Assembly: GCA_052327205.1 (NCBI GenBank)
Contig: CM126202.1
Location: forward strand, 173,910,001 to 173,974,000
DNA: 64,000 nt
Origin: Somniosus microcephalus
Lineage: Eukaryota
Direction of reading: 5' to 3'
Position numbers and translations under genes: made by a program. The first letter of the stretch is position 1; each line of letters starts with the position of its first letter. Shown here one piece after another: positions 25,001 to 38,530 of this stretch. The notes beneath the pieces were generated by a model. That model was not told the origin of the DNA. It searched no databases and worked only from the letters and a program-made list of their open reading frames with translations.

Positions 25001-28000
25001 ATTAGATACATTCTCTTCTACCTTTCCAATACCATCTCCATTATGACCCCACACTGCAGCACTGTTTGATAGGACAACTCCACAAGGCAAGCAGCCAAGG
25101 AAAGAAGTGCCTGTTGCTGAATTGGAGGTTAGTTTCCATCACCATCTTGTTCACTGGAATTGAATGGAGCCAGTGCAATGAAAATTACCTGCCGGACTTC
25201 AATAGATTCATGAGGAAAATTAAAAAAAATCTAAACATGTATGTGTTCAGATATAATTACATTACATTCACTAGTGAGGGCTAAAGATTCTTCAAGGCTT
25301 CTCCTTTGGACAACACAGTTGCTAATAATTTTCTTCATGAGCTTCCAATAAACACATTTTTCTTTAGCAGAGGAAAATCCTTCCAGGATTTTGCTTCCAT
25401 TCTTTTTCTTGAGATAGGAATGAAATTAATTTATCATATACAGTAGGCCTCCTATTAATTTAGAAAAGATGTAATTTGTAAAATCATCATGGATTTAAAC
25501 AAATGATGATGAGGAGTAAAACATGCAAAATATTTCATTTCAGCCAATCTTATGCTATTCAATGAAGCAGTGCAGAAATATTAGTCCAGTTCTTTGAGGA
25601 TTAGAGTATGAAGTGTCCTAATAGACCATAAAACAGTTTCCTTCTGTTTTAAAATTACAATCAGCTGAAAATTCACTACAGCCTAGCAACCACCACAGAC
25701 AAGCCGATAATTAAGTTTTAGGGAGGAGGATCTCAGTTGCTGCCATTAATGTGTCACTTTCTGTGCATTCATTTCCCTTTTGCATTTCAAAAACGGGACC
25801 GTGTATGTTTGGGGAGTCGGTCGGGGGTTAATGAAAGCACTGATTAATGAATCATTATCTGCGCGCAGAGAAAGACTTGAAATATGTTTTATAATCAAGT
25901 TTCTCTGCGATGGGAAATCAAAACCATTCATCTATCAGGGCAGATTAAGCCATTTTAAAATTTGTTTCAGACAGCGCGATCGATGCTCGAGTTGCCATTT
26001 CAACTCACTGAAGCGTTAACATTTCTCGTGCTATAAATTCTTGCTGTGTGCACGCAAGTGGCGGAATGGGAAACATACTCAGCCCTGACAGCCTTCAACT
26101 CAAATTTCAAGTAAATCAAGTTTCATTTGACAATATTCCTAAGTACAACAAAAAAGAGCATATTATTATATATTTTGTGAAGGAGTGGAACAATTTACAA
26201 TGATCTCTTAATTAGTGTTGGACTGCACCATGTGGGATAAACCATTGAAGACTGCATGGCACCTAAGTCAAAATGACAAGTTTGCAGTTACTTTTACATT
26301 TATTTTTAGTTGATTTATAGTATATATTGTAAGTAAGAAAATACTCTCATTGCATTTACTTTATAATTTTAGTTTATAATTTTGATTTAAAAATTGTACA
26401 AATTTCATATTTCAGAACAAACATGAACATATTTTAAAGATCATACAAAAGGCATTCCATTTTCAAAGGAATTAATATAAATGAAAGTTATAATAATTCA
26501 TAAGTGCTAATTCCAAAAGAGAAAAATGTAGGTTGATTGTAAAAAGGTAAGATTATGATGCACTGAAAGCTGTTCCCTTTTATTATCCTTCTACTGAAAT
26601 CTATCCACAGCTAATTAATTACATTCAGACTAATTATAGAACCTTAATATATCTGCCAAAAAATGTGATTCTAAATCAAAATTCCCCCCTGCAAGTATAC
26701 TATATCCTTAAAATATAGCAATCTACAGAGCAATAGTATGGTAGAAAAACCTTAAGTACAATTTGCTGGATGTGATTGTTTAACAAATACCTGATTGAAA
26801 CATTCAAATAACTAAAATTCAGAATACGGCTCTGATTTATTGACTATAATTAACGACACAATAAGATTTGTAAAGTGCTGTTACAGACCTTATTTTGAGG
26901 CTAATGGGAGGGTAGCAGTTGTCTCAAACAGATTAATTGAATGGCTGAGATAAATAGGTTGACTTTGAGCTCAGATAAATAAGACTTACTGTTCAACAAA
27001 AGGTATAGCCAACATTACCAAGTACCATATATTATATCATTAACATTTATATGCTGAATTAGCAATATAGCTTATTTCCCTCTAATACATTATACTCCAT
27101 GTACCAGCATCTTAATTCATCAATAAAAAGCAAAAAAAACACACTAGAATAAATTAAAGAGCATCATTTGTGAATGTGATCTGTGATTGCAGAGACCGCA
27201 GATACAGCCCTGATCCATTATGACAGTTTAACCTACAGCACCATAAGTCACCCTGTGTCGTTTAGTTAATTCAAATGAATATCTGATGAAATATGAACAT
27301 GCTTTCTCTTTTGTTGAAAGTTGTATTTATAGATGTTTCAGGTGCCAGTTTTGTTAGACAGGTTGGAGTGACCAGTCTACAGGATTTCAATACCCAAGCT
27401 TTACTGTCCCATAATCACTGCTTCGTAATTTACCTCATATTCTGATCTACTCATTGATGATATTCTCCACTTGGTTCTTAGCCATTCACCTAGGTGTCCT
27501 AATTTGAAAATAATTGCTACTTAAAAGACTGGATAAAATAGACACAGACCAAGTAAAGCAAATGGAAAATTAAAAAATAATTTCCCAGGATTTATTAATG
27601 TTTTAATAAACATTATTGACTCAAATGACAATTTTTATTTTGTGTTTAATCCTTTCTTTTTGTTATATCAAAATGGTGATGATGTTGGGGATGGGGCTGA
27701 GGGTTTGGGAGGCCTGTTTGTTAGATAGCCAAAGTCAAACAAGTTGAAAGTACCAAGTTACCTGTTCCTTTAGCAATCTTGTTCTCCTTATTTTCATTTT
27801 AAGACAAGGTTCTATAGCTCAATTGTTAAAAGAACAATTGCTGTTTGCAGAGGTAACTACCTTCATTTTATTGGATGAAAATGATAGAGGTTTGATGAGC
27901 GGCAGATTGAGAAATCTGTTGAAATAATTAACGTTGGTTATGCAGAAATGAAGCAGTAACTACGCAATAGCTGCAGTCACATTGGAGAAGTGAGACTTTA

Positions 28001-31000
28001 CTAAACAAAGTATAAAAAAAAACACACTTCTGTTAGCAAAGGAAAATTACAAAGCAGAGGACTGAAACATTTATTTTTACAGAGTCCATCTTTTAAAACT
28101 GGGCTGTTTCACACCAATTTAATTTTGGAACAAGATGTGAATTCTAAAAATAAACCATTAAAAAGAGCCTTTTTTAAAAATGACATCATGTAAGCTCAAC
28201 AGTGAAGAAAAAGAGTTTTTTTGTTATGGCAATCGTCAAACGCTGACAGGTGCCATTGTAATTTGCCACAGAGACGACTGATTTGAAACAGGGATTGATA
28301 TTGGCAGGGAATTGAAAACACCGTGAGACAATAAACTGGGATGATCTTAATAAGAGCTTTTGATTGTAAATTGATTTGAAACAGGCTGCACTGCAGAAGG
28401 TGAGTTATTCAGCCTCAATTCCTGACTGGAAAAAGCGTCGTCTCTCTAAACAGGCTGTAACTGCATCTATCGGGCTGTGTTAAATCTGGAAATTCAACCT
28501 GTCTGTGGTTTCAACTATGGCAAAACTTCACAAAGAGCTGTACTTGGGGATTTTTAAAAATTATACAAAACACTGTTAGAGAAGCAGCCACCCGGTTCCC
28601 TAGAATAGACATCTTTTTTATTCTGTAATTAAATGCAGTGCCGAAGTAAATCACATTTAAAAAAAAATCTGCCGTGTCATTTAAATTTTGGCTGTTGCCC
28701 AATAGTGCATCTCAAACTGAGGGACTGCGTCCAATCGACTCACAAAACTCAAGTCTGTATTTTCGTGCAGTCTCCTATCTGTCATTTCTTCTCTTTCATG
28801 CTTCTATGATTATGCAAAAAATATTTTAGTAAGAAGAAATGTTTAGGAGTAGCCAAGTAGATAAGTTTTCCCAGTTGTGACTGCGCATACAGTAGCGCCA
28901 TCAAATGCAGTCGCAGGGAGCTGTGCTGAATTCTGATTTGTATGTGACTGTCATAGCGGGCAAATGTGATGCTAATATTTTCAGACCATAAATATTTTTA
29001 AAACCTTCACCAGAGACAAAATTCTTGCTCTGTAACCTCAAGATATTCATTTTCCAATACCATGCAAAATGCACTGAAACATCATTGTGATACTATCTTT
29101 AGAAGCCATAGACTTCTAAAGCAGCTGTTTCATATAGACTATCTATTGGAGAGGGAGCTATAAATAATGTCTGTTACACCAAAGAGCGGTACAGTAATAG
29201 AGGCTGATCTGAAGCAGATATTTTATACACTTTCTATATTGCAGACAGAAAAAGGATAGATTTTTTAAGTGTTGAATTGTGATTGGAAGTAAAATATTCT
29301 ATTAATAGTATGAACCATTCTGTGAGCAATCAAGCAGCCTGTTGATGATATTGAGGAAAAATTGATTAAACATCACTTGAGAGGAAAAGAACCTGGAATT
29401 GTTACTGAGTGCATCCTAGTCACCTGACTTGGCCCAAGGCAAAGTAACATATTCTATACCACATTTAAAAAAGATTTAAGGAACATTGCAGACAAGTACA
29501 AATGATGCAGTTCTTGAACACAGCTTCCTTTATATATATATTCCTCTCTTCACCTCAAAAAAATGTGAAGTGTCCCCTTAGCCTTGTAGTGGTAGAAATA
29601 CTCCTTCAGCAGCCTGAGGGTTAACGGATATAGACTCTGATTCATTTCAGCGCACACTAGCAATGCAGCTCCAATGTCGGAGCTCCATGCTGTGTGGAAG
29701 CTGGGTTTTCATTCCGAATTATCTGCCCCTGTCTGATTCGGCTGTGTTCGTCATGCCATTGATGTTAAGAACATGGACAGATCAAAGGGCACTCTGCTGC
29801 CAAAGAGCGCAAGACATTTGATGATTTGAGTAAGGAACTCTCCAAGAGACTGGAACATCCATTAGTACAGGTGCTTTAAAGTCGTTTCCAAGCCTAGGTT
29901 CTATAAGACAATTTTTAAAATATTCTGGCAGTGACTAGGCACCTTTAATAAAGTTGCACTAACTCACGCACAATTGCACACTCGAATGATACACATTATT
30001 ACCAAACTTCTGTTGCATTTGGTTTTAAACCTATTAAAATCTGTTAACTTCAGGTGACTTCTGTCGTTGTAGGGCTAGTTCTAAGCCCAGTGACTTGAAA
30101 CTATTGTCACAAGGACTAAGGTTGAGTGTGGTTGTAAAGCGAATTGTGTTTGAAAAGGCTCAACCTCATATGGAAAAATTTATTTCAGAAAAGCACCCCG
30201 CCCTCATTCTAAACCTTGTATATAACAGCAGCTTCATTCAGAAAGCTCCTAGACTTGGTTCCTGAGATTCTCACGTTATGCTATATGTTGTTTTGGGACA
30301 TTGACTATAACAATTACAATATAAAAACACTTGGGGGTTTACGTTCCTCTGTGTGCTATTTTTGATGTTTGCATTAAACTCCTGTATGCATTGTTTAATA
30401 TCGTTATTAACCTGTTTTGTTTTAAATGGGTTAACGACTATATTAAAAAAGCGTGGAATAAAATTTAACATGCATTATTCAGCGTGTTAAAACAGCAGGC
30501 AGAGAATTATACCCTATATGCGTCGAAATTGTGTTATGCAGTATTAACGCATTCATATGAAATTCCTTTCTCTGCTAATTTAATGAAGTGTTAACTCATT
30601 TATTTTAAATGCATTAGTTAAAATAGTGGGCAGAGAGATTCCATACAAATGCATTTGTTACTAATATATCACAGTGCAGTTTCAGCCCATTGGCTCCTAA
30701 GAATGATGCTATATCAAGGGTGGAGTGTACCTTTTTAATGCTGATTTTTTTATACTACAATTTGGCATCTGTGGCATATCCTCTTGGGCACTGACCCTGT
30801 GCCAAAAGTGTAATATAAAATGTATGAATGTGCAATGGTGCTGAAACTTAGGCTGATAGTGAGACCACCTGCAAGAGTTGATCTCACACTGGTAACCACG
30901 CACATCAGCAGCAGAATAAATGCAGCCAGTGTGAAGCTCGTCACTAAAGCGAGTTTTGAAAGTTGTTAAAAAAATCTGGTAGCCCGCTGTACCACCATTC

Positions 31001-34000
31001 CTACTTCAGTGTTTGAAAAGCACTGGCTATACCACGAGCTCTTTTCAATCATTAACAAAACCTGACCAGCAGGCAGAGGCTGGTGAGCAGTGACCCGTGT
31101 CTTCGTTTCAGTAGCCAGGCACACAGCAGTGCCTTCCACACAGTGATATGAGTGGGCCATTAAGGTTGATGCCTGATGGAATTGCTTTTCAAATGCACTT
31201 AATATAAAAAGGGGGTATTAAACAAAAGGGTGAAGGAAGCATGATTTGAGGTTTACATGGAAAAATAAATGAAATTGCAGAATGTAACCCCTAAAAATCA
31301 GTATAAATCCCATGTAATAAAAATAGAATTGGACTTATTGGAACCAAAAATCAATTGGGAGGGGCAAGTGGGGCGGGGTGTTGGGGGGGGGGGCGGTGTT
31401 GACGCACCTCATGAGTGCCATGATGCATTCATCTGCGACCTCTGTCACTGACCCAAAGTTCACATGGTCAGGGGAAGGACCCTGACTTAGTAGGGTTGCC
31501 CAGCTAGGCTGCAGGCCAGCACCAACATGCCAGAAAATCTGGTGACTGGTTCGGAGGGGGAGCTGGAGACCCCTGGAAAGAATAACTAAATGCCCCACAG
31601 CCCCTTTTGTAATGCGGTAACATTTTCTTCCCCTACCTTTGAATTCTTTTGGGGGTCATCAAGACCATATTTCAGGCCTGGATTCTTAAGAATACTGGGA
31701 TTGATATCCTGACAAGAATATTCAACAAGGGAACCAGAGCAATTCTTCATCCTTCATCTTACTTCCTCATCAAGGAGCCGTCAGGGGTTTACCACGCAAT
31801 CTATGCCTAGGAGTGAACACTGCCTAAATTTGGTTTGCCAATATCTCTTTCAGCAACCAGTTTAGATTTTATTAACATTTACATGACCAACTTCCCATCA
31901 GAATCCACACAAGCTACCGAGTGAACAAATTAAGCCTTTCTTGCCAATTATCACAGAAGAAGTCAGACAACAAAGTCATGAAATAATTTTTATTTTTGAT
32001 TAACCATAGAATCATAATTAGCAGCATTTAAATTTAAACATTGAGTAGGTAAAAAATTAAAGCTTTGAATTAAAATTTTAGACTTTATTATAAAGTTTTT
32101 GCTTTCTCCTGGATGATGTTACATCATAACTAGATTAGCAAGAGGAATACAACTAATACCCTCAAATAATGGCAGTAATTCTCGCTGTTCATTACCAGTG
32201 ACAGATTTCACCTACGTTGCTCGTCATATTTCATACTGACAGGACATCTGAATGTATGACTGCCTTCGGTAAGAGAAGAACATGCAGATGCATTGCAACT
32301 GAATCCCCCAAAGGTTATCGGTATTCAGAGGATGGGTTATGAAGAGCATGGAACCTCTAGGTAGTGCCTTCCAACAGTCTTTGGTTCTACTCCAGAGCAG
32401 AGGTTTGGTGCACTTTGGAGTGGATCCTGGGGTGAAGCTTTGTCAAGCTTACATCAAAATGAAATTGGCTACAAAACGAGTGCACTCGTGATGCCTGTCC
32501 CTCAGCTTTCAGTGCTATACCCCTTTGAGATGGCTCTCATCCTTGCCTGACCTAGGCAGTTATTGTAGAACAATAGAAAGCACAGAACTGGCTTCTTTAA
32601 ACCGCCCTCCTCCTTGGTTTATGGGCACTCACTTTTATGGAGCCATTAGCATGAATTAGAATGAGTCCCACTTGAACCTGAAAGACAACAAATTATTTTG
32701 AAACAAAAATCACTGTTTTTTGTCAGAAACCCAGGAGGAGAATAAATCCTTTTTTATACAATTTATTGCAGCAATATGCTTTTATGATGTCATAACAATG
32801 ACAATTTATAATGTGATACTACCAGGGGAGAAGAGAAAATATGCAAAATAGCACAGTTATTACCTGTTATTTAATTGAGAAAGTGCAGAAATTTCCACTG
32901 AGTTCTGGTCAAACCCTCCTCTCAAGAACAAATGTGAACAAAATGGCACATAAAGGGAGCTGTCTTCCGTGAATGATATGCAGAAATTCTTGAACTGTGC
33001 CGTTTAATGTGAAACACAGAATTTGTTTGCTCAGTATGGTTCCATTTCTGCCAGCTTGTAATGTTAGAGAGAAAGGCAGCAACCCTGAGGTCAGTGGAGA
33101 ATGTTCCGTAATTCGAATATTCACAAACAATAGAGATGTAAAGAATGCGTTAATTCAGTTATTAGTAGATTCAACTAAATTGCACTGAGGTAAGAATTCC
33201 TCTGGTGACTATGTGTAAAGACAGCTGTTTATGAAGAACTCCTCTGTTTGATATTTCAAGTGAAATTATAAACAGAAGAAATGCATTTATGATGTTGTTA
33301 CAAGTAGTCACTAGGAAAGGTATATTCATTTTTAGCACAAAAAAAATCCCATTACTTTCCTAGAAAGAGTTAATGCTTCCAGCCTGGGAATGTCATAGAC
33401 AGAGCACTCTGGTGAAGTGTCTTAGCTAATGATTTATCAGGGACAAAAACCATGGATTTGTAAAATCATTTGTTATCCACAGAATAGACTTCACTAATCA
33501 GCTCTAATGATTCATTATGTATCACAGTAGAAAATGCTGAGCCTTAATGGATAGCACTTGACAATCCAGTTTGGATTCCTGTCTCTCTCTCTCAGCTTTG
33601 CAATTTAATGAAAACCTTGTTTTGTAATAACCTCCACATTCTTGCTTCAGCTTGCCCGGTTTACGAAGAGCTTCCCACTGCAGATTGGGCCGCATGTCAG
33701 ATTGCAGTTTTTTTTCCTCAATCCAATTCTGTGGCTTCGACTGGGAGGGGAGATAGCTGGGGAGGAGGGAGGGGGAAAGCTGACACCCAACTAACAGCAA
33801 CCTGAATTGGGCCTATTCTTCAATAACTGTTTGGTTTGGATCAAATTAAACTCGGGAGGAAATAGTGAACAACTCCACTGGGAGTGGGGACCATGTGGGA
33901 TAAATTAGTAACCGCAGCGCCGGTCCTGTTTGAAATGTCTGGCTGGTATTGTCAGAGAGCAGCTACAAAGCACTTTTATCACATCCTGCATAAGTGGGGA

Positions 34001-34859
34001 GGGGGTGGAGGAGGAGAATAAATTCAGAATATCCAACTGTCACACCTTCAAGGGCTACTCAGAATCTTAAATACCTCATAGAAAGCAGGATCTGACTCTA
34101 GTGGCCGGGCAGGCCTCGAAAGCTCGATGACCTGGCCATTATTTTTTTCCCAACTGAAGTACATTTTCAAAATAATCAGGTTTTCAGAAAATAAGAGACA
34201 GGAGGTTGGGGGGGGGGGGGGCGGTGGTGGAACTTTCCTTGGTAGTTTTACAGAAGTTGGTCTTCCAGATGGCAGACTGATCGATTGGGCCTAATTTCAG
34301 TCAACTGTTCCCATTTGCAGTCTGGTCCAGTTATGGAGAATCACCTCACAATTGTGATTTCTGTTGTCATAATTCCTATTAATTTTGGAGGAAGATAAAT
34401 GAAGTGTTAAAAATATCATTGGATATAAAAATTGAAGTCCTGTGCATTTGTAGGAAAGGCACTGACCGGATTTGCAGATCCAGTTCTGGGAGTCTATTTA
34501 GTCTTACATTTTCAATGTGTTTTTGTCATGGATGACTAAGGGAGAACTAAATATCTGTTTAAAGAGGGGTAGGTGAACTTCCTGACCTGTGTATTACCCT
34601 CCCTAATGTCACATTTTTGCCTCCCTTAAGAAAAAGAAGGATCCTGCTCTAGTTGTACTGCTACCATATCTAAAGGAAGAGCTGCTCCAGATCACCTCAG
34701 GGTACTGTTTGACAAGTGGCTGGTTCAGGGAAAGCAGTAGCTTGTGGTTCGATTGCTTGTAATCTTTGTGTGAGATGGCAGGGTCAGTTTTCTCATGGAG
34801 AGGTCCAGAGAACTCTGCATATAGTGTCTGTGATCATATTTATTGTTATCTACCAGCGT

Positions 34860-35900
34860 ATCTTTTCTCCCCCTCCAATTCTCCTCTCCACTCCTAGGGC
34901 TAAAAATTCGGTATCGCCGCGCCAGGTCTTTAGTGCCCGAAATTTAGCGCTGGGCCGGATTCCCCTAGCGCCCACCTGAAATTCAGTAGCGCCGCCCCAG
35001 GACGGAGGCGGGCGCTATTGGAGGGTTTGGCCGCCTCGTTTGGGGCGAAGAATGTCAGTTTCCGGCGCCCAGCTGCCGCTGCGGCAACCGATGCGGTGCG
35101 GCAGGCTGGGGTACTGCAGGCCTCCTCCTTCTCTTAAGGAGGAGCTGCCTGCAGCCGTGAGATCGCCGCTGGATTCCCCCGTCAAATGAGCCCGGCACCA
35201 CGGAGAAGTGCCGGGCTCGCGGGAGTCACACACCAATGCCGCGGGGGGGTGGTGCAGGAGTCCGGGGAGGGAGGTGCGGCCAGGCGGCCGCCGGGAAAGC
35301 GGCCGGCCGCCCCTCCACCTTTATGCGCTGGCCTCTCGGAGCTGTAAGGCACCGTTTTGCAAACGCTGTTTGCGGCCGCGACGGGCGAGGCGGCCGCAAC
35401 TGAATTTGGCCATCGGGACGGATTACCATTGGAACCGGGGCGCTGCGCACACCGATGACGTCATCGGTGCCGGCGCAGCGCTACCGGCTAACGCCGATGT
35501 TAGGGACCAACTCAATTTCGGGCGCTAAAAAACTTCCGGCGCAAACCACTTTATAGCCAATAAGTGGGCGCAAACGCGACTGAATTTCTAGGCCCTAGTG
35601 TTTTGGTGTGATTCCATAAGTGACGGTTAGTTTCTACTCCTTCACTCAAATTGTCATTGTTCATGTATGAACTTACGTAGTCAGTGTTGGCGGCCTATTT
35701 GACCACAGCCAAACCGATGCATGTTTTCGCTACTTGTCCAAACATGCAGGAGCCCAGATAATTTCCCCCTCCCCAACTCGGGGGTGCTGAGGCTAATTGG
35801 TGGACCCCTACTGCCACCCTGGCTGAGAACAGCTAGCTCAGCACAGACCTGGGATCATAGCTTAGCTACATTGCTGCATTTATCATTTAAGCCACTTGAA
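34860..35900 (-). mobile_element. Old SINE family X copy, interrupted by MITE copy 3
   Basis: Tail ttttctcccccctccaattctcctctcc (34860-34893) continues at 35598-35900 (gggggtgctgaggctaattg..ggctgagaacagctagctcagcacagacc), the reverse of 15860-16255. Confidence 0.6.
34897..35594. mobile_element. GC-rich PIF/Harbinger-type MITE, copy 3
   Basis: TIRs GGGCTAAAAATTCGGT / ACTGAATTTCTAGGCC; 3-bp TSD CTA/CTA; homologous to 9411-10098. Confidence 0.85.
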
Positions 35901-37134
35901 TTATATATTTAACAATTCATTTACTTTTCTGATGTTGCCAGAGACTGAAATGGTCACAGTTGTGGAAATGACGAGTTATGGCCAGAGGTTTGCATCTTGA
36001 TTGAGTCAAGAGGTGAACGATCACCAGAGAGCTGGAGTCAGGCACAACCAGTCCATCTGTCTTCTCTTGGAATGTGTGGATTAACACCAATATCTTTAAA
36101 ATGATAATGGAGTGTCAAGTTTTTAAAAAAATCTCAAAAGTTTTTATGAAGATCACAATTTGAAAAAGTGTGAGTTGAAGATGTCTGTGCGATGGGTGGG
36201 GGTGGGGGGGGAACTCTCTACTTACCCATCCCAGGCAAATCTCCATCCCAGGCAAATCTCTCAAATTTCCAATCAGCTGAACAGTGAACCTGTGCTCTGT
36301 GACTGATAAAGAACCAGCAACCAACCCTAAACTGGTTTCTACAAAAAAAAATAATCCTGTAACTGCCAGCATGCATGTTGTTTGGGATGAACAATTCTAG
36401 AAATTCAAACGATGAGCAATTTTTTTTTACAAAGCGATTTCAATCTAGATTTACTGAGAGCTGAGGAAGTGGGGATACATCCACTCGTAGAGCTCCATCG
36501 TGATTTATTATAGTCCTGTCATAAAATTTCAGGTATCTAAAAGTATGGTAATGAGGTTGAGTGTGGTGCTGCAGAACTCTGCTCCAATCCTTATTTACAA
36601 GCAGTCTTAAAATGAAAGTAACGCAGCCAGTTTTGAAGTGAGTGGCCTTTGGTTTTGCTGTGTCTTTTATATATTTGGAGTTTTAAAATTAACTCCTAGA
36701 TATTTCTGTTAAAGTGTTACAGGCTGATTTTAATACACCCCCCACCCCCCTCCTTGCTGGAGGCTCAGCACCGTGTGTTCAAGGGATGAACCAGCTTCCT
36801 ATTACTCTGCTGTGCTGCCACGCTCCTGGATGTTCTTTGGGATCTTTTTTAAGTACTGTTCTGTGCCCCATTTAGGAAGTACTCTTCAAAGCTTCTAATT
36901 ACCTCCACTCTAAAACAAAATCACCCATAACTCTACTGCTGTTGAGTAGGTGGCCCTATTCTACCGGGGGTGGGGGGGCGCAGCTCTGTGATATCCTAAA
37001 AGTTTCTTCATTTCAAATGAACCATGCTGCTCGGTAGATTTACAGCACCAAGATGCTTGTTAAAATGGCACTACTTTCTGAATATAGTATTAAACATTCT
37101 ACTGAGCCAGCCACTATATCTACTTTTGGGCCTC

Positions 37135-37646
37135 TCCTCTTTTAGGCAGTCCCTCGGAACCGAGGATGACTTGCTTCCACATTAAAAATGAGTTCTCAGG
37201 TGACTGATGAGTCCAATGCGGGACCTACAGTCTCTGTCACAGGTGGGGCAGACGGTGGTTGAAGGGGCGGGTGGGTGGGGTGCTTGGGTTGACGTGCGCT
37301 CGTTGCGCTGCCTGCGCTTGGCTTCCGCTTGCGCCCGACAAAGAGACTCGAGGTGTTCAGCGCCTTCCCGGATGCTTTTCCTCTACTTTGTGCGGTCTTG
37401 GGCCAGGGATTCCCAGGTGTCGGTGGGGATGTTACACTTTTTCAAGGAGGCTTTGAGGTTGTCCTTGAAACGTTTCCTCTGCCCACCTGGGGCTCTCTTG
37501 CCGTGCCGGAGCTCCGAGTAGAGCGCTTGTTTTGGGAGTCTCGTATCGGGCATGCGGACAATGTGACCCGTCCATCGGAGCTAATTGAGCGTGGTCAAAG
37601 CTTCGATGCTGGGGACGTTGGCCTGAGGAAGAACACTGACGTTGGT
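37135..37646 (-). mobile_element. RTE-clade LINE 3' fragment
   Basis: Near-identical reverse complement of about 61910-62415 (QLRWTGHIVRMPDTRLPKQALYSELRHG region and 3' end GGGACTGCCTAA). Confidence 0.9.
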
Positions 37647-38093
37647 CCTACTGAGAAGCACTCATTTTGCTGACTCGGTTTCTTTGTAGGAGTTAATTGT
37701 ATTATCTTCCCTCCTTATTAAGTGTGTTTAGTATTCCACAAGTCTGTTTTAAGTGCTGGAAAACATTTTGTTCTTTGTCATATTACTCTTCAATATCCTG
37801 TTTTAATATTCAGTAGATAACATTCTTACAACTACTGGGCCATAACTCTACTGTGGTAAATGCTGTTTCTGCATAATTCATGCCTCTTATTTTTCTGTTA
37901 GGTATTGTGTTTTTGTTGAGTTGGTATAATATTATTTCAGTTTTTATGTTCTTATCTCTTTTAAGTAATAACTGTCAGTTAATGGCTCTTTAAAATATTG
38001 TGTTTTAATGATGTCTCCTTCAAGACTTCATCTTCCCGAACAGTTGGGCAACAAAATCATTTTATCTGGCAATGTCATTTATATGAATTGAAA

Positions 38094-38530
38094 GCCTAGA
38101 AATTTTGCACAGGGAATGATCTCTGCACCGGAAAGGATTGGCCCAAGGCCCTACCGATATTGGGCCTCGTTTACATGAGACTGGTGAGCTATAGACACCT
38201 GCTGGACCTCCCCAGGGAAGAGCATTTCAATTTTGGGCCACCCTCGGGTAGGTCCTGCAGAGGTGGGGGAGGGGTGGGGGGGAAGCGAGGAAGTGACCGG
38301 GAGGGGGTCGGCAGTGGTCTTCGGCACTGCAGTGGAGACGGGAGGAGCACTGCTGCACATCCCGGCTCCACATTCAGTCAAGTATTTAAAAAAGACGTAC
38401 CTTTTTAGGTGGCGGTCTCCAGCGGTCACTTTAAGGATCACTAGTTACGCTGCATGTAGACCACATTTTCCTGACTGCAGCTGCTGAGCACCGGCTGCGT
38501 TCAGGATAGGCCCATTTTACAAAGGGGGCC
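38094..38530. mobile_element. Degenerate GC-rich MITE-like relic
   Basis: Begins GCCTAGAAATTT, like the MITE TIR, and is GC-rich; right end unclear. Confidence 0.4.

Noticed and set aside
27840-27880. Possible EFNA5 exon 2 (tttgcagaggtaactac resembles F-x-R-G-x-Y)
   Set aside because: Phase does not fit, stops follow quickly and there is no CINDYLD motif.
31491-31710. hAT-type MITE starting TAGGGTTGCC (similar hint at 46270-46561)
   Set aside because: No convincing second TIR or 8-bp TSD could be identified.
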